DNA of 64,000 nt from Myxococcota bacterium (GTDB lineage Bacteria; Myxococcota_A; SURF-8). The position numbers and the translations under genes are program-made. Positions 11,411 to 21,695 of the stretch are shown here, piece after piece. The stretch is from assembly GCA_963674735.2 (NCBI GenBank), contig CAXXQS010000001.1:1472001-1536000 (forward strand), written 5' to 3'. Below the pieces are notes generated by a model, which saw only the letters and a list, made by a program, of their open reading frames with translations, had not been told where the DNA came from and searched no databases. Positions within the stretch are counted from its first letter, which is position 1; each line of letters opens with the position of its first letter.

Positions 11411-12766
11411 CTAGTGGCCGGATGCAAGCCCGAATGTCACGAAACGCAGGAAATACAAGTTGGCTCGCTCGAATTCGAAGATGAAGTAGATGCCCACCAG
11501 GCAGAAATAATTGAACGTTACGTAGCGGCTCAAATTTAAAATGATGGTCGGATGCTTCTTTCCAAAGGCCGCCAGGCTTTTCAAAACCGCGGGGCCGGAT
11601 TCGTCCGCATCGAGACGGACCCAGTATCGATGCCACAGCACCCAGCCGATCAAACCGACCGCCTGCCCGAACCCCCAGATCAGGTAGTTGAGCGCCAAGG
11701 CATGCCAGGCGCCGCAGGCGAGAAAAGTGATGAAAACGTTTCGGACGGCCTTGTGCTTGCTTCCTCCTAGGGGACGATAAACGTAATCGCGCAGCCAGAA
11801 CGACAGCGACATATGCCAGCGTCGCCACCAGACCCCCAAATTCTCGCTGAAGAATGGGAGGTAGAAGTTTTCCGGCATATGAAAGCCGAGCAGGCGTGAG
11901 AACCCGATGGCCACGTCGGAATACCCGCTGAAATACAGGTAGACGCTGAAGACGTTCATGACCAGATTCCAATATAGAATCAGCCAGGATTGTTGATTGA
12001 TCGCCTCCAGCGTCGACAGATCCGCCGCCAGGTAGAAGAACAGCGCCATGTTGCCCACGGCTTTGAGCAGTCCCAAGACGATTCGGCCCAAACCGGATCG
12101 GATGTCGCTCCAGGTCGGATCGGTTCGTCCGAGGTTCTCCACGTCTTCATTGAAAGCCTCGAAGCGAGCGATCGGTCCCATCCTCAAGGTGGGGAAAAAC
12201 ACCAGATAGAGCGCCAGCCGCGTCACCCGCGTCGGAGCGAATTTGCCTCGCAGGGCATCCACCACATATTGGACGAGCTTCGGCACCATGTAGGCGATCC
12301 CGCAAAAATGCAGCAGAGGATTGATGAAGTGACCGGTCATCACCGACGAGTGAGCGCCGCGCGCAAGCCCTTCGATAAAGAGAAGCGTGAAATAAACCAG
12401 CAAAATGAACCCGACCAGAGCCCAGGTCGCTTTCTTACGGAAAGCCACGTCGGCAAGCGCGCGTTTATGCAAGACAAGCACCAGGCCATGCACGAACAGA
12501 GGCACGCCAAGAAACGCAACGACGAACCCAAATCCGTACATATACCCGACAAGCGCGATGCTCGCGGCCAAGAGATAGAGGACGCGGCCTTGCCGGGGAA
12601 CCAGATAATAGAGCGGCACGAAAAACAGCAGAAAAAGCATGTAGTCGGCGTAATACGGCATGCCCACCTGGGTTGCCTGCAGAATGCCCAGTAAAAGCGT
12701 CTTCACCGGGCCCGCCGGTAACAAGCCCTCGAAAAACAGGATGATGGGCTGGAGAAATTCAATCAT
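11411..12766 (-). CDS. MBOAT-family O-acyltransferase (AlgI/DltB-like)
   Basis: FFPTLRMGPIARF, YFSGYSDVAIG, PENFYLPF, WRRWHMSLSFWLRDYVYRPLGGS, catalytic His in GAWHA. Confidence 0.92.
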   Translation of the reverse strand: MIEFLQPIILFFEGLLPAGPVKTLLLGILQATQVGMPYYADYMLFLLFFVPLYYLVPRQGRVLYLLAASIALVGYMYGFGFVVAFLGVPLFVHGLVLVLHKRALADVAFRKKATWALVGFILLVYFTLLFIEGLARGAHSSVMTGHFINPLLHFCGIAYMVPKLVQYVVDALRGKFAPTRVTRLALYLVFFPTLRMGPIARFEAFNEDVENLGRTDPTWSDIRSGLGRIVLGLLKAVGNMALFFYLAADLSTLEAINQQSWLILYWNLVMNVFSVYLYFSGYSDVAIGFSRLLGFHMPENFYLPFFSENLGVWWRRWHMSLSFWLRDYVYRPLGGSKHKAVRNVFITFLACGAWHALALNYLIWGFGQAVGLIGWVLWHRYWVRLDADESGPAVLKSLAAFGKKHPTIILNLSRYVTFNYFCLVGIYFIFEFERANLYFLRFVTFGLASGH

Positions 12767-14922
12767 TCGGGCCGCCTTCCGGTTTCCTGGAGACGAAACT
12801 CCATCCAGTCCGCCACCACGTGATAACCCTCGGATTGTTCGTTACGGCCGATGACCTCCCACTTGATGCGGTGCGACCCCTTGCCGAGTCGAATCCGGCA
12901 CGATTCCGGTTCCCAGATCAGCCGTCCGGTGCGCGGGGCGTATAGGTCCACCGATTCGGAGCAGCTTTGCCCGTCGATCGAGAGCCGGACGACGCCCCTA
13001 TCCGGGCCGGTGAGAAAGCGGATTTTATAGGCATAGCTTCCTTCTCTGAAGAAATACTGCCTAAACGTCGCAAACGCCCTCGGCTTCGACGCCTCGAAGG
13101 CCAGGGCCGAGCGTCCCGAGAGATCCTGAAAGTGCTCCCGATTGCTTCGCTCCATTTTCAATGGATGGAGATAGTCGCCGGAGGTGTCGGCCGTCATGTA
13201 TTTGGATTCCATCTCGATGAACAGCAAAGCCGGATCGATTTCGCGTTTTAATTCCGTCATGCGTCGCGATTTGGGATCGAAGCGAAAAGCCCGCCATCCC
13301 GGATAGTACTGCAGCATCTGCGCGTTCTGCTTGCCTAGATCCCGCAGGAACAAATGCGGCTGCTGCAAACCGGGTTCGAGATACGGAAAGGCGGCATTGT
13401 ATTCGGCAGGGAAAAAGAACAGGCTTTGCGGCGGATAGGCTTGGGTGAGCTGTTCGAAACGCCGATCCACGAAAAAGAAGTTCCTTAAAAGTCCTCCGCC
13501 GATCACGTAATACGCCGCATTGAAAATGAAATAGGTTACCAGCACAGCCGGAATCAACGCCCGCAGCAAAGGACCGTAGGGGACATGAAAAGCACCGGCT
13601 TTGATGGAAAAAGGCTTGAGCACCTGATAAGTCTGAATCAATCCGGCTGAAAACAGGATGAAAACGGCGAAAGACGCTTCGAAATAATAGCGCCCGCGCA
13701 CCCCATGGAAATAAAAGAAGAAGTACGCGCCGATCAGAGAGAGGAACACAGATAGCAGCATATATTTTCGCCAGCCGCCGTCGGATCGAAAAAATGGCAA
13801 CCCGACAAAAAGAAACAGGATGCTCCAGCCGAGAAGCGTCTGCAAAAACGGATCCATCCGCTGATGAATCACGCCTACGGCATCTTTCGGAAAAAAGCCG
13901 TCGGGGAAGTTGTCGAGAGGATGCACGTTGGGGCAGCCGATGTGTTCGCCGAAACCCAGATCGTGGCAATCCGCATGTTCTTCCGTCATTTGGAAGTACT
14001 TTTGCTGGGGCCAGATCGTCGGCGAGCCGCTGAGCGCCTGATTGTAGCCACCCTGGAGCAGTAAAAACCCGAGTGCGATGGGAATCCCGGCCAGAAGTCG
14101 CCAGACCGCGATTTTGCGTTGCAACACAAAAACCAGAAGCGGGATTCCCACAACCGGCAAGAGGGCCACAGCGTTTAGAGCCCGTGTGAGGAACAGCCAA
14201 CCGAGACAGACACTCAAAACCAACACATCCGTAAGGCGCTGCTTTTCCGACAGGCGCAACACCATCAGCACCGCCAGTTGCGTCAGGACCAGAGACAGAG
14301 GATGCGCGAACAGCATCCCCCCGAAGGTATGAACGGCCTGAGAGGCGGTCATCAGGATTACGGCCAACAGCGCCACTCGCTCATCGAAAACCCGCCGCCC
14401 AATGGGGTAGCAAAGCAGGACCGCCAGCGTGATGAGGATGGGATTGATCAGAAATTCGAGGTGAACCAGCACCCCCAGCGCCAATAACAAGGGCCAGCCG
14501 GGCTGGAAAATCGGATACCAGCTTCCGTCATTGACGAAAAAGAGGGTGTGAAAGAACTCGGGCAGATCGTGGCTTTCGACGAAAAGCCGACCGGCGGCGA
14601 AGCAGCGTGCCATCCATAGATACGCCGCATCGTCCCAGGCGTGCGGAATGGCTTCGAGCGGTCCAAAGGCGTAGTAAACGGATCCCAAAAACGTGAGGCT
14701 TCCGCAAAGAATCAGCCATTGCCGGGGGCTACGAGCGGCCAGCCAGCTTTGAATTTTGAAGCTTCGTTTTTCGAAAATGGCGAGTAAAATCCAAGCCGAG
14801 ACGAACACCAGCAAAGCGCTGCCGCCGAAAACGAACAGAGAGCCGTGAGGTTGCCAGTTCAAGCAAAACAGCAGAGTCAGGATATAGATAAAACAGGATG
14901 CCAAAAACTTGAACATGGTCAT
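12763..14922 (-). CDS. GT-C (ArnT/PMT-like) multi-TM glycosyltransferase with a C-terminal beta-sandwich domain
   Basis: WDDAAYLWMA acidic loop motif, PGWPLLLALG, many TM helices, RYYFE; overlaps the MBOAT start. Confidence 0.7.
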   Translation of the reverse strand: MTMFKFLASCFIYILTLLFCLNWQPHGSLFVFGGSALLVFVSAWILLAIFEKRSFKIQSWLAARSPRQWLILCGSLTFLGSVYYAFGPLEAIPHAWDDAAYLWMARCFAAGRLFVESHDLPEFFHTLFFVNDGSWYPIFQPGWPLLLALGVLVHLEFLINPILITLAVLLCYPIGRRVFDERVALLAVILMTASQAVHTFGGMLFAHPLSLVLTQLAVLMVLRLSEKQRLTDVLVLSVCLGWLFLTRALNAVALLPVVGIPLLVFVLQRKIAVWRLLAGIPIALGFLLLQGGYNQALSGSPTIWPQQKYFQMTEEHADCHDLGFGEHIGCPNVHPLDNFPDGFFPKDAVGVIHQRMDPFLQTLLGWSILFLFVGLPFFRSDGGWRKYMLLSVFLSLIGAYFFFYFHGVRGRYYFEASFAVFILFSAGLIQTYQVLKPFSIKAGAFHVPYGPLLRALIPAVLVTYFIFNAAYYVIGGGLLRNFFFVDRRFEQLTQAYPPQSLFFFPAEYNAAFPYLEPGLQQPHLFLRDLGKQNAQMLQYYPGWRAFRFDPKSRRMTELKREIDPALLFIEMESKYMTADTSGDYLHPLKMERSNREHFQDLSGRSALAFEASKPRAFATFRQYFFREGSYAYKIRFLTGPDRGVVRLSIDGQSCSESVDLYAPRTGRLIWEPESCRIRLGKGSHRIKWEVIGRNEQSEGYHVVADWMEFRLQETGRRPE

Positions 14923-15268
14923 TTTTTCGCCGGATATGGGACTTAATCATCAAGCAATCGACTCAAGTGAATACGCAAGCTTATCACATTTTCACAGGTG
15001 TTGACACTACTTACTATGAATATCGAAAGATGAACAGAAAGTTTTGTCTCGAATAGGACAAATCGCGCCTGCCCGGCGAAACCACGGACTCATCTCGTCT
15101 CTTCTCTCGGAATATTTTGCTTTTCGCGAAGGTCCAACAGGGACGTATGACTTTGATATCAGGTCGATTTCGCACCATTCATTCGCTCGACGGCAAAGCG
15201 GAGTTGATATGAATTCGGAAATCGAGTAGCGTAGCGGCAACGGTTTGCATAAAAGTCAGGAGCGATAC

Positions 15269-16297
15269 ATGCCGGATAATTACGGAAGAAACGGAGATGG
15301 ATTGGAACCGATCCAAATCGAAGAAGTGCTACTCAACATTAAAAATAAATTCAACAAGAACAAAGCCTCGATCCTTTTTCTGGTCCCACTCGCCCTTGTC
15401 GCCTTGTGGCTGATGACCTGCGTGTACACGGTCGATGTCGAGGAAATGGGGGTTGTCCAGCGCTTCGGTAAGTACAACCGCACCACGCCGTCCGGTTTGA
15501 ATTTCAAATTACCGGTAGGCATCGAAAAGGTGACCAACGTCGCCTCCAAGCACGTGTACAAGGAGGAATTCGGCTTGCGCACCTTGAAAGCGGGAACGCG
15601 CACGCAATACGCCCCCGGCAAAGCCTTTTTGGGTGAGTCCTTGATGCTCACCGGCGACTTGAACGTGGCGGTGGTGCCCTGGATCGTGCAATACCGGATC
15701 AAAGACGAACGCCTGTTTTTGTTCGAAGTCCGTGATGTCAGGCAAACCCTGCGCGACCTGGCCGAATCCACCATGCGACTGGTCGTCGGCGACCGCTCGA
15801 TCAACGAGGTGATTTCCAAACGTGAAGAGATCGCCGTCCAGGCCCGCCTGCTGCTGCAGGACGAGTTGGACAAGTCGCAAACCGGTCTGCATGTTGTCAC
15901 CATCGAAATGAAAAAGACCAATGTCCCGGAGCCGGTGCAGGCCTCCTTCAACGAGGTCAACCAGGCGGTCCAGGAAAAGGAACAGATGATCTACGAGGCG
16001 CGCGAGCAATATAACAAAGTTATTCCCAAGGCCAAGGGCAGCGCGGAAAAAACCCTCAGTTCCGCCGAGGGCTACGCCCTGGACCGCATCAATCGAGCCA
16101 AGGGCGACACCGCCCGCTTCCTGTCACTTTACAATGAGTACAAACGAGCCAAGGATATCACCAAGCGGCGCTTATACCTCGAAACCATGCGAGACCTCCT
16201 GCCGAAGATGGGCCGGAAATTCATCGTCGATGAGGATCAGAAAAACTTTTTGCCTCTCTTGAATATGGGCGGCCAAGGCAAGGGGGTGGCGCAATGA
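15269..16297 (+). CDS. hflK: FtsH modulator HflK
   Basis: SPFH domain; GVVQRFGK, MLTGDLN, RLYLETM; ATG after AGGAG. Confidence 0.95.
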   Translation: MPDNYGRNGDGLEPIQIEEVLLNIKNKFNKNKASILFLVPLALVALWLMTCVYTVDVEEMGVVQRFGKYNRTTPSGLNFKLPVGIEKVTNVASKHVYKEEFGLRTLKAGTRTQYAPGKAFLGESLMLTGDLNVAVVPWIVQYRIKDERLFLFEVRDVRQTLRDLAESTMRLVVGDRSINEVISKREEIAVQARLLLQDELDKSQTGLHVVTIEMKKTNVPEPVQASFNEVNQAVQEKEQMIYEAREQYNKVIPKAKGSAEKTLSSAEGYALDRINRAKGDTARFLSLYNEYKRAKDITKRRLYLETMRDLLPKMGRKFIVDEDQKNFLPLLNMGGQGKGVAQ

Positions 16298-17241
16298 TGA
16301 AACTTCAGGTAACCGTTATTTTCGTGGCGCTCGCCGCATTTCTGGTTCTCTCAAGCGTGTACATCGTCGACGAACGCGAGCAGGTAGTCATCACCCAGTT
16401 CGGCAAGCCGGTCGGCGAAGCTAAAAAAGAACCGAACCTGTATTTCAAGATCCCGTTCATTCAACAGGCCAACGTGTTTCCGAAAAACCTGCTGGAATGG
16501 GACGGCGACCCCGGCCAGATTCCGACCAAAGACAAAACCTATCTCTGGGTCGACACCTTCGCCCGCTGGCGCATCATCGATCCGTTGAAGTATTTCCAAA
16601 CCGTCAACAATGAACGCAACGCGCAGGCCCGCCTGGACGACATCATCGATCCGGCCGTGCGCAACTTCGTCACCTCGCATCCGCTGATCGAAACGGTGCG
16701 CAAAACCAACCGCAAGCTCGATACCTTCGAAGCCGGTGTCGAAGATGAAGACAAGGAAAATCAGCCCAAAAGCCATCTGGGCAACGTACTCGTCGGTCGC
16801 GAAAAAATCGCGCAGGGCATTCTCGAACAAGCCAAACCCAAGCTGTTCGATTTCGGAATCGAACTGGTCGATGTGCAGATCAAACGCATCAACTACGTCG
16901 AGAACGTGCGGAAGTCCGTCTATGGGCGCATGATCGCCGAGCGCAAGCAGATTGCCGAAAAATTCCGCTCCGAAGGCATGGGCGAAGCCCAGAAAATCGA
17001 GGGTGAACGCGAAAAAATGCTCAAGGAAATCACATCCGAAGCCTATCGCAAGGCACAAGAAGTGATGGGCAAGGCCGATGCCACCGCCGCCGACATTTAC
17101 GCGACCGCTTATTCGAAGGATCCGGAATTTTATTCGTTTGTTAAAACCCTGGAAATCTATAGCCAGGCCATTGACGAAAACAGCTCGCTGGTGATCTCGA
17201 CCGACAGCGACTTCTTCAAATACGTCAAAGGATACAAATAA
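16294..17241 (+). CDS. hflC: FtsH modulator HflC
   Basis: VITQFGKP, FKIPFIQ, RMIAERKQIAEKFRSEG, DPEFYSF. Confidence 0.95.
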   Translation: MMKLQVTVIFVALAAFLVLSSVYIVDEREQVVITQFGKPVGEAKKEPNLYFKIPFIQQANVFPKNLLEWDGDPGQIPTKDKTYLWVDTFARWRIIDPLKYFQTVNNERNAQARLDDIIDPAVRNFVTSHPLIETVRKTNRKLDTFEAGVEDEDKENQPKSHLGNVLVGREKIAQGILEQAKPKLFDFGIELVDVQIKRINYVENVRKSVYGRMIAERKQIAEKFRSEGMGEAQKIEGEREKMLKEITSEAYRKAQEVMGKADATAADIYATAYSKDPEFYSFVKTLEIYSQAIDENSSLVISTDSDFFKYVKGYK

Positions 17242-17345
17242 CCGTTCAGCCAATTTTGGGGGCGGTTCGATAACCGGAAAACAGCGGGACTCTCCAAGTC
17301 GCTTATCGTTTGGAGCGTCCCGCAGCCTATAAAATGGAGGCAATC

Positions 17346-18278
17346 GTGTCCAGCGTCGGCTCGCCTGTTGAGTGGGCGATATTCGGAGTGGTGGTTCTGG
17401 GTTTGCTGTTGTTGGATCTGCTGATCTTCAACCGTGAAGCCCACAAAATCTCACTGAAAGAAAGCGCCGTCTGGAGCATCGTGTGGGTGGGACTGGCCCT
17501 GCTGTTCAACGTGTTTGTCTACATCGAGCACGGTGCCGAAAGCGGCACGCAGTTTCTCACCGCCTACCTGATCGAAAAATCGTTGTCCGTTGACAACCTG
17601 TTCGTTTTCTTGGCGATATTCAACCACTTCCGCATTCCATCCCACTTTCAGCATCGGGTTTTGTTTTGGGGCGTGGTCGGTGCGCTGGTCATGCGAGCGT
17701 TGTTCATCGCCGCCGGAGTGGCGCTGCTCACCCATTTCGCCTGGCTGATGTACGTCTTCGCGCTGTTTCTCGTTTACACGGGCATCAAGCTCGGCTTCTC
17801 CCGTCACGAAAACGACGATCCCTCGCAGGGGGTGGCCATGCGGCTTGCGCAAAAATACCTGCGCACCACCCCGGAATACAATGGCCAGAAGTTCTTCAAA
17901 CACATCGACGGCCGCCGTTTTGCAACGCCGCTTTTCGTCGTACTGGTGGTGATCGAATTCTCCGACGTGCTGTTCGCCTTCGATTCCGTCCCCGCCGTGC
18001 TGGCCATTTCGAAAGATCCCTTCATCGTTTACTCATCCAACGTGTTCGCCATTCTGGGTCTGCGTGCCCTGTATTTCCTTTTGGCCGATGTGCTCAACCG
18101 GCTGCATTATCTGGGGAAAGGCCTGGCCGTCGTGCTGGTGTACATCGGCATCAAGATGGGCGTGAGCGAATGGCTGCACGTCCCGCCGCTGGCCAGCCTG
18201 GGCGTCATCGCCGCCATTCTGACTATCACCGTTTTCATTTCGATCCGACACAAACCGGACGCCGAAAACGCCGATTGA
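17346..18278 (+). CDS. TerC/Alx family membrane protein
   Basis: EKSLSVDNLFVF, QHRVLFWG, DVLFAFDSVPA, SNVFAILGLRALYF; GTG after GGAGG. Confidence 0.93.
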   Translation: MSSVGSPVEWAIFGVVVLGLLLLDLLIFNREAHKISLKESAVWSIVWVGLALLFNVFVYIEHGAESGTQFLTAYLIEKSLSVDNLFVFLAIFNHFRIPSHFQHRVLFWGVVGALVMRALFIAAGVALLTHFAWLMYVFALFLVYTGIKLGFSRHENDDPSQGVAMRLAQKYLRTTPEYNGQKFFKHIDGRRFATPLFVVLVVIEFSDVLFAFDSVPAVLAISKDPFIVYSSNVFAILGLRALYFLLADVLNRLHYLGKGLAVVLVYIGIKMGVSEWLHVPPLASLGVIAAILTITVFISIRHKPDAENAD

Positions 18279-18360
18279 CCATGGAACACTCGCCTTTAGG
18301 CTACCTGCAAAAAAGCTATTCGTTACGAGAACGAAGGATTTTCGAGACCGGACGCGGAGC

Positions 18361-18432
18361 GCCATGGGCCAAGCCTTTGGCTTGCCCATGCTGTTTTCAC
18401 GGGCAAACCTAACGGTTTTGCCCGTGCCACCC
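18361..18432. repeat. REP-like inverted doublet of palindromes
   Basis: CATGGGC-CAAGCCTTTGGCTTG-CCCATG followed by CACGGGCAAA...TTTGCCCGTGCCACCC, intergenic. Confidence 0.6.
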
Positions 18433-18574
18433 ATCATCCATCGAAGATGATTCGAGACTCAATCAGAATGGAAACACCCTATAATTATTCGTCTATTTAT
18501 TGACGAACATGTAACATGTGATAGGATAGCGCCATCTCGTAAAGGTTCGATCGCGTCCACGTATAGGTAAAACG

Positions 18575-19765
18575 ATGCATGTATTTTCGGTACGTTTGTC
18601 GGTTTCGATTCTCGTTTCGCTGTTGATCGTTGCTCTTGCGCCCTTTTCGGCTTTGGCGCAATCGGATAACCGCACCGAAAAAATGGCTCCGCAGGCCTCC
18701 GGGGGCGGGAGCTTCGACGAAGATCCGGACGACGCATCGTCTCCAGCGGCCGTCGTCGTGCCTCCGATCGCCGAAGCGGAAGAAACTCCGTCTCCTGAAC
18801 TCATTCCCGAACCCGAAGAAATCCCAACTCCCGAATCCGTGGCAGAACCGGCAACCGACGTCCTGCCGCCCTGCCCCGATTGCCCGGCGGGATGTTTACC
18901 CAGAGTTCTGATTGAAAGCTTCAAAAAAGGTCGTCTTATCACGGAAAACAACTGCCCCGCTGGTTGTGTCCCCTTCGAGTTCGTCAAAGCACTGCACGAT
19001 AAGCCCGCCTGTACGCAGGAGTCCGCAACCAAATCCGCAAGCCCCCCTCCAAAGCCGGACTCAACCGACGCCATCCGATTGGTCGAAAAGACGCGCAACC
19101 GAATGATTCTCAATCAAACGGCGATTGCTCTCGACAAAGGCGAATACCAGATCGTCACGTATGCCTTCGGCGCCTGGATGCTTCAATACGGCATCACCGA
19201 CGCATTTGAATTCGATTTTCGCGTCAACCTGCCCGTTCTGAATTACGGATTCTCCCCCGGCTTGCGCTATCGGAAAGCCGTGTCCGAGCATTTACACCTG
19301 GGTTTCGGCGGGTCGATCTGGTACGACGCCAGCTACATCGACAATGTAACCGGTCGTTTTCATTTGAATTTCGATGCCCAGATGACCTATCAGATCAAAA
19401 TGCTGTCGTTTAACCTCGGTTTTTGGTTCCTGCAACCATTGTTTACACATCGCAGCGGTGGCGACCACGGCGAAAGTTTCGACAATTACCACCTCCTCGC
19501 CTTCAGCCCCGGTCTTCGTTTGGAAGTCCACAAAATCTGGTCGGTACAAACTGAGTTCATCTTTCCCCTGCTGCTTAACAAAGATAACGGGGGAGTGAGA
19601 GTCGATGAATTCATGGTGCTCATCTTATATGGCGCTCGCGTTCATGGCGATCTGCTTTACGGGGACTTCGGTTTCATTTTTCCGGTGTGGGACAGTTTCA
19701 CGGACAACTTGTGGAAGTATATGCCGCTTGGCATTCCCTACTTCTCGCTTGGATTCAGTTTCTAA
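18575..19765 (+). CDS. Exported hypothetical protein, probable outer-membrane beta-barrel with a Pro/Glu- and Cys-rich N-terminal region
   Basis: Signal peptide ending ALA, EPE-rich linker, two CPAGC motifs, alternating beta strands, terminal YFSLGFSF. Confidence 0.65.
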   Translation: MHVFSVRLSVSILVSLLIVALAPFSALAQSDNRTEKMAPQASGGGSFDEDPDDASSPAAVVVPPIAEAEETPSPELIPEPEEIPTPESVAEPATDVLPPCPDCPAGCLPRVLIESFKKGRLITENNCPAGCVPFEFVKALHDKPACTQESATKSASPPPKPDSTDAIRLVEKTRNRMILNQTAIALDKGEYQIVTYAFGAWMLQYGITDAFEFDFRVNLPVLNYGFSPGLRYRKAVSEHLHLGFGGSIWYDASYIDNVTGRFHLNFDAQMTYQIKMLSFNLGFWFLQPLFTHRSGGDHGESFDNYHLLAFSPGLRLEVHKIWSVQTEFIFPLLLNKDNGGVRVDEFMVLILYGARVHGDLLYGDFGFIFPVWDSFTDNLWKYMPLGIPYFSLGFSF

Positions 19766-20590
19766 GCGCAACCCGCTGGTTGAATTCGGGCAGGCTTCCG
19801 ATATTACCGCTCGTCGCCTTTTTCGTCCAATGCGCTCGATGCGTTTAATGCGCCGGGGGCTTTTCACGTCCAGTTTCCCAGTATTCCGGAGGGTTTGCTA
19901 GGACTGCCGTAATACGTCACATGAAAACCCACTTTTTGCAATTACGTCTCGATGTGCACACCTTCAGGAGGACTCGTTTCACTCTGTTAATTTCCTGGAT
20001 TATCTCGTTATGACAGGTAGTTATCCATCCCCTAACCCAGACCTCCAAGAGGTGCATCATCGGCACAATATTAAGCCTTAATATTTGTATTTAACTCTTT
20101 AAGAACTACAGTCAGTATATTATACTTTCTATCCCGCCCCACCCTTCTGCACCTACTCTCTTATCTCGTTGATATTATGATGCTTTTTCCATTTCAACGA
20201 TTCAGCCTCGACATGTCTTCGACAATTCGGACGATATGCTGAATTACCTCTTTATAATCAAGTACATACACAGCACTAGCTCAGACCTTCCTGTTGGTTC
20301 AGCATCCCCTGCCAAGACATTGCCTATCCCGATTATAGCTGTATTTTCTTTGGGTTGCGACTCGACGCGCCCCGAAATATGGCCGTTCAAGCACCAGGCT
20401 CCCTTTGGCTCATTCGTACTTCATGCTTGCGCGCATTAGTGCTCATCTTTGAATTATTTGTCATTCAGGCTCTGCCGCACCACCTTTTTGTCGATCAACG
20501 GCGATTGCGCCGCATGCGCGTTTCGGTCCGTTTGCCGCGATACGCGAATGAGTGACTTGGACTATGAACGTTTTCGGGCGAGATCTCGAT

Positions 20591-21316
20591 TCAGGCCGGT
20601 AACGGTCGACCGTCGAAGATGGCTTGCGGGTTGCTGGTCAGCAGACGCTCGGCTTCGCGCTCTCCCTGCCATTCGTGCAGCTTATTCACCGCTTCTTTCA
20701 ACAACTTAGTCGCCTGTTGCGGCTTGTGCAGGTCACTCGATATCAGGTCGATCAACCCGTGATCGAGCAATTTTTTCAGATTTCGGCGCCGCGAACTGCC
20801 CCACATCCCGGACAAGGGCGACAAGGTGCCCTGCATCAGCATGCCCGCATCATGCAATAGCTCCATATAATCAAGGTCTTCCGCGAAATGATAGCGTTCG
20901 GGGTGCGCCATAATGGGCGTAATGCCTTGCACCTTCAGCTCGAAAATATTTTCGCGCAGCCGCATGGGTTTGTTGGCGGAAACGAATTCGATCAGCACAT
21001 AACGGCGCTCGTCGCCGAAGGTTAAAAGGCGCGTCGGATCGGCCAGCCGCGCCAGAAACATCTCGTCGTAGAAATACTCGGCAGACAGTTGTAATTGCAA
21101 AGGAATATCGTTTGCCCGCAAGGCTTCCAAGGCGCTTTCGAAGGCCGCTCGGCTGCGCGTTTCATCGTTGCCGAACATGTCCCCGCGAATGTGCGGCGTG
21201 GCCGCGACGGCCTTGAAACCATGCGCGACATACGCCTGCGCCATGCGCAAAGTGGCGTCGAGATCGGCCGCGCCATCGTCGATGCCGGGCAAAATGTGGG
21301 AGTGAAGATCCACCAT
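20591..21316 (-). CDS. CpsB/CapC-type PHP protein-tyrosine phosphatase
   Basis: DLHSHILPGIDDG, ATPH, AHPERY, SSDLH. Confidence 0.92.
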   Translation of the reverse strand: MVDLHSHILPGIDDGAADLDATLRMAQAYVAHGFKAVAATPHIRGDMFGNDETRSRAAFESALEALRANDIPLQLQLSAEYFYDEMFLARLADPTRLLTFGDERRYVLIEFVSANKPMRLRENIFELKVQGITPIMAHPERYHFAEDLDYMELLHDAGMLMQGTLSPLSGMWGSSRRRNLKKLLDHGLIDLISSDLHKPQQATKLLKEAVNKLHEWQGEREAERLLTSNPQAIFDGRPLPA

Positions 21317-21383
21317 GAAACGCTTGCCTTATTTCGGCGGGTGGTGTATACCCGTTTGACGTTCCTTAATCACGTGGTGTTTG

Positions 21384-21674
21384 ATGTCTCGACAACCTGT
21401 TAATATTCCAGCTATTTTTTGCATGCTCGCGCTGGTCGTCGCGCTTTTGGCCACCGCCTGCGGCGACTACAAACCATGCGACATTTTGGCAAAACGCATC
21501 TGTACCGAATGCCCCTCGGTCGCCGACGACTGGCAGGCCGCCTGCCTGTGCATCGAGAACAAAACCTACAAGGAAAAAGGCTACAAATGTCTGGAATCCA
21601 CCGAGGATGACGACATTCGTTGTAACGCCACGCTCGAAGCCTGGGACGACAGCACCTGCGATCAACTCAACTAA
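21384..21674 (+). CDS. Small Cys-rich lipoprotein
   Basis: Hydrophobic signal plus lipobox ATAC, then 8 more Cys in about 70 aa; start codon uncertain. Confidence 0.7.
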   Translation: MSRQPVNIPAIFCMLALVVALLATACGDYKPCDILAKRICTECPSVADDWQAACLCIENKTYKEKGYKCLESTEDDDIRCNATLEAWDDSTCDQLN

Positions 21675-21695
21675 TCACATTCTAAATATTTGATA

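Noticed and set aside
17242-17345. yybP-ykoY Mn riboswitch before terC
   Set aside because: The GGGGAGUA and GAGACC consensus elements are not present.
19900-20350. oriC or dif site in the AT-rich gap
   Set aside because: No cluster of TTATCCACA boxes and no XerC/XerD arm consensus.
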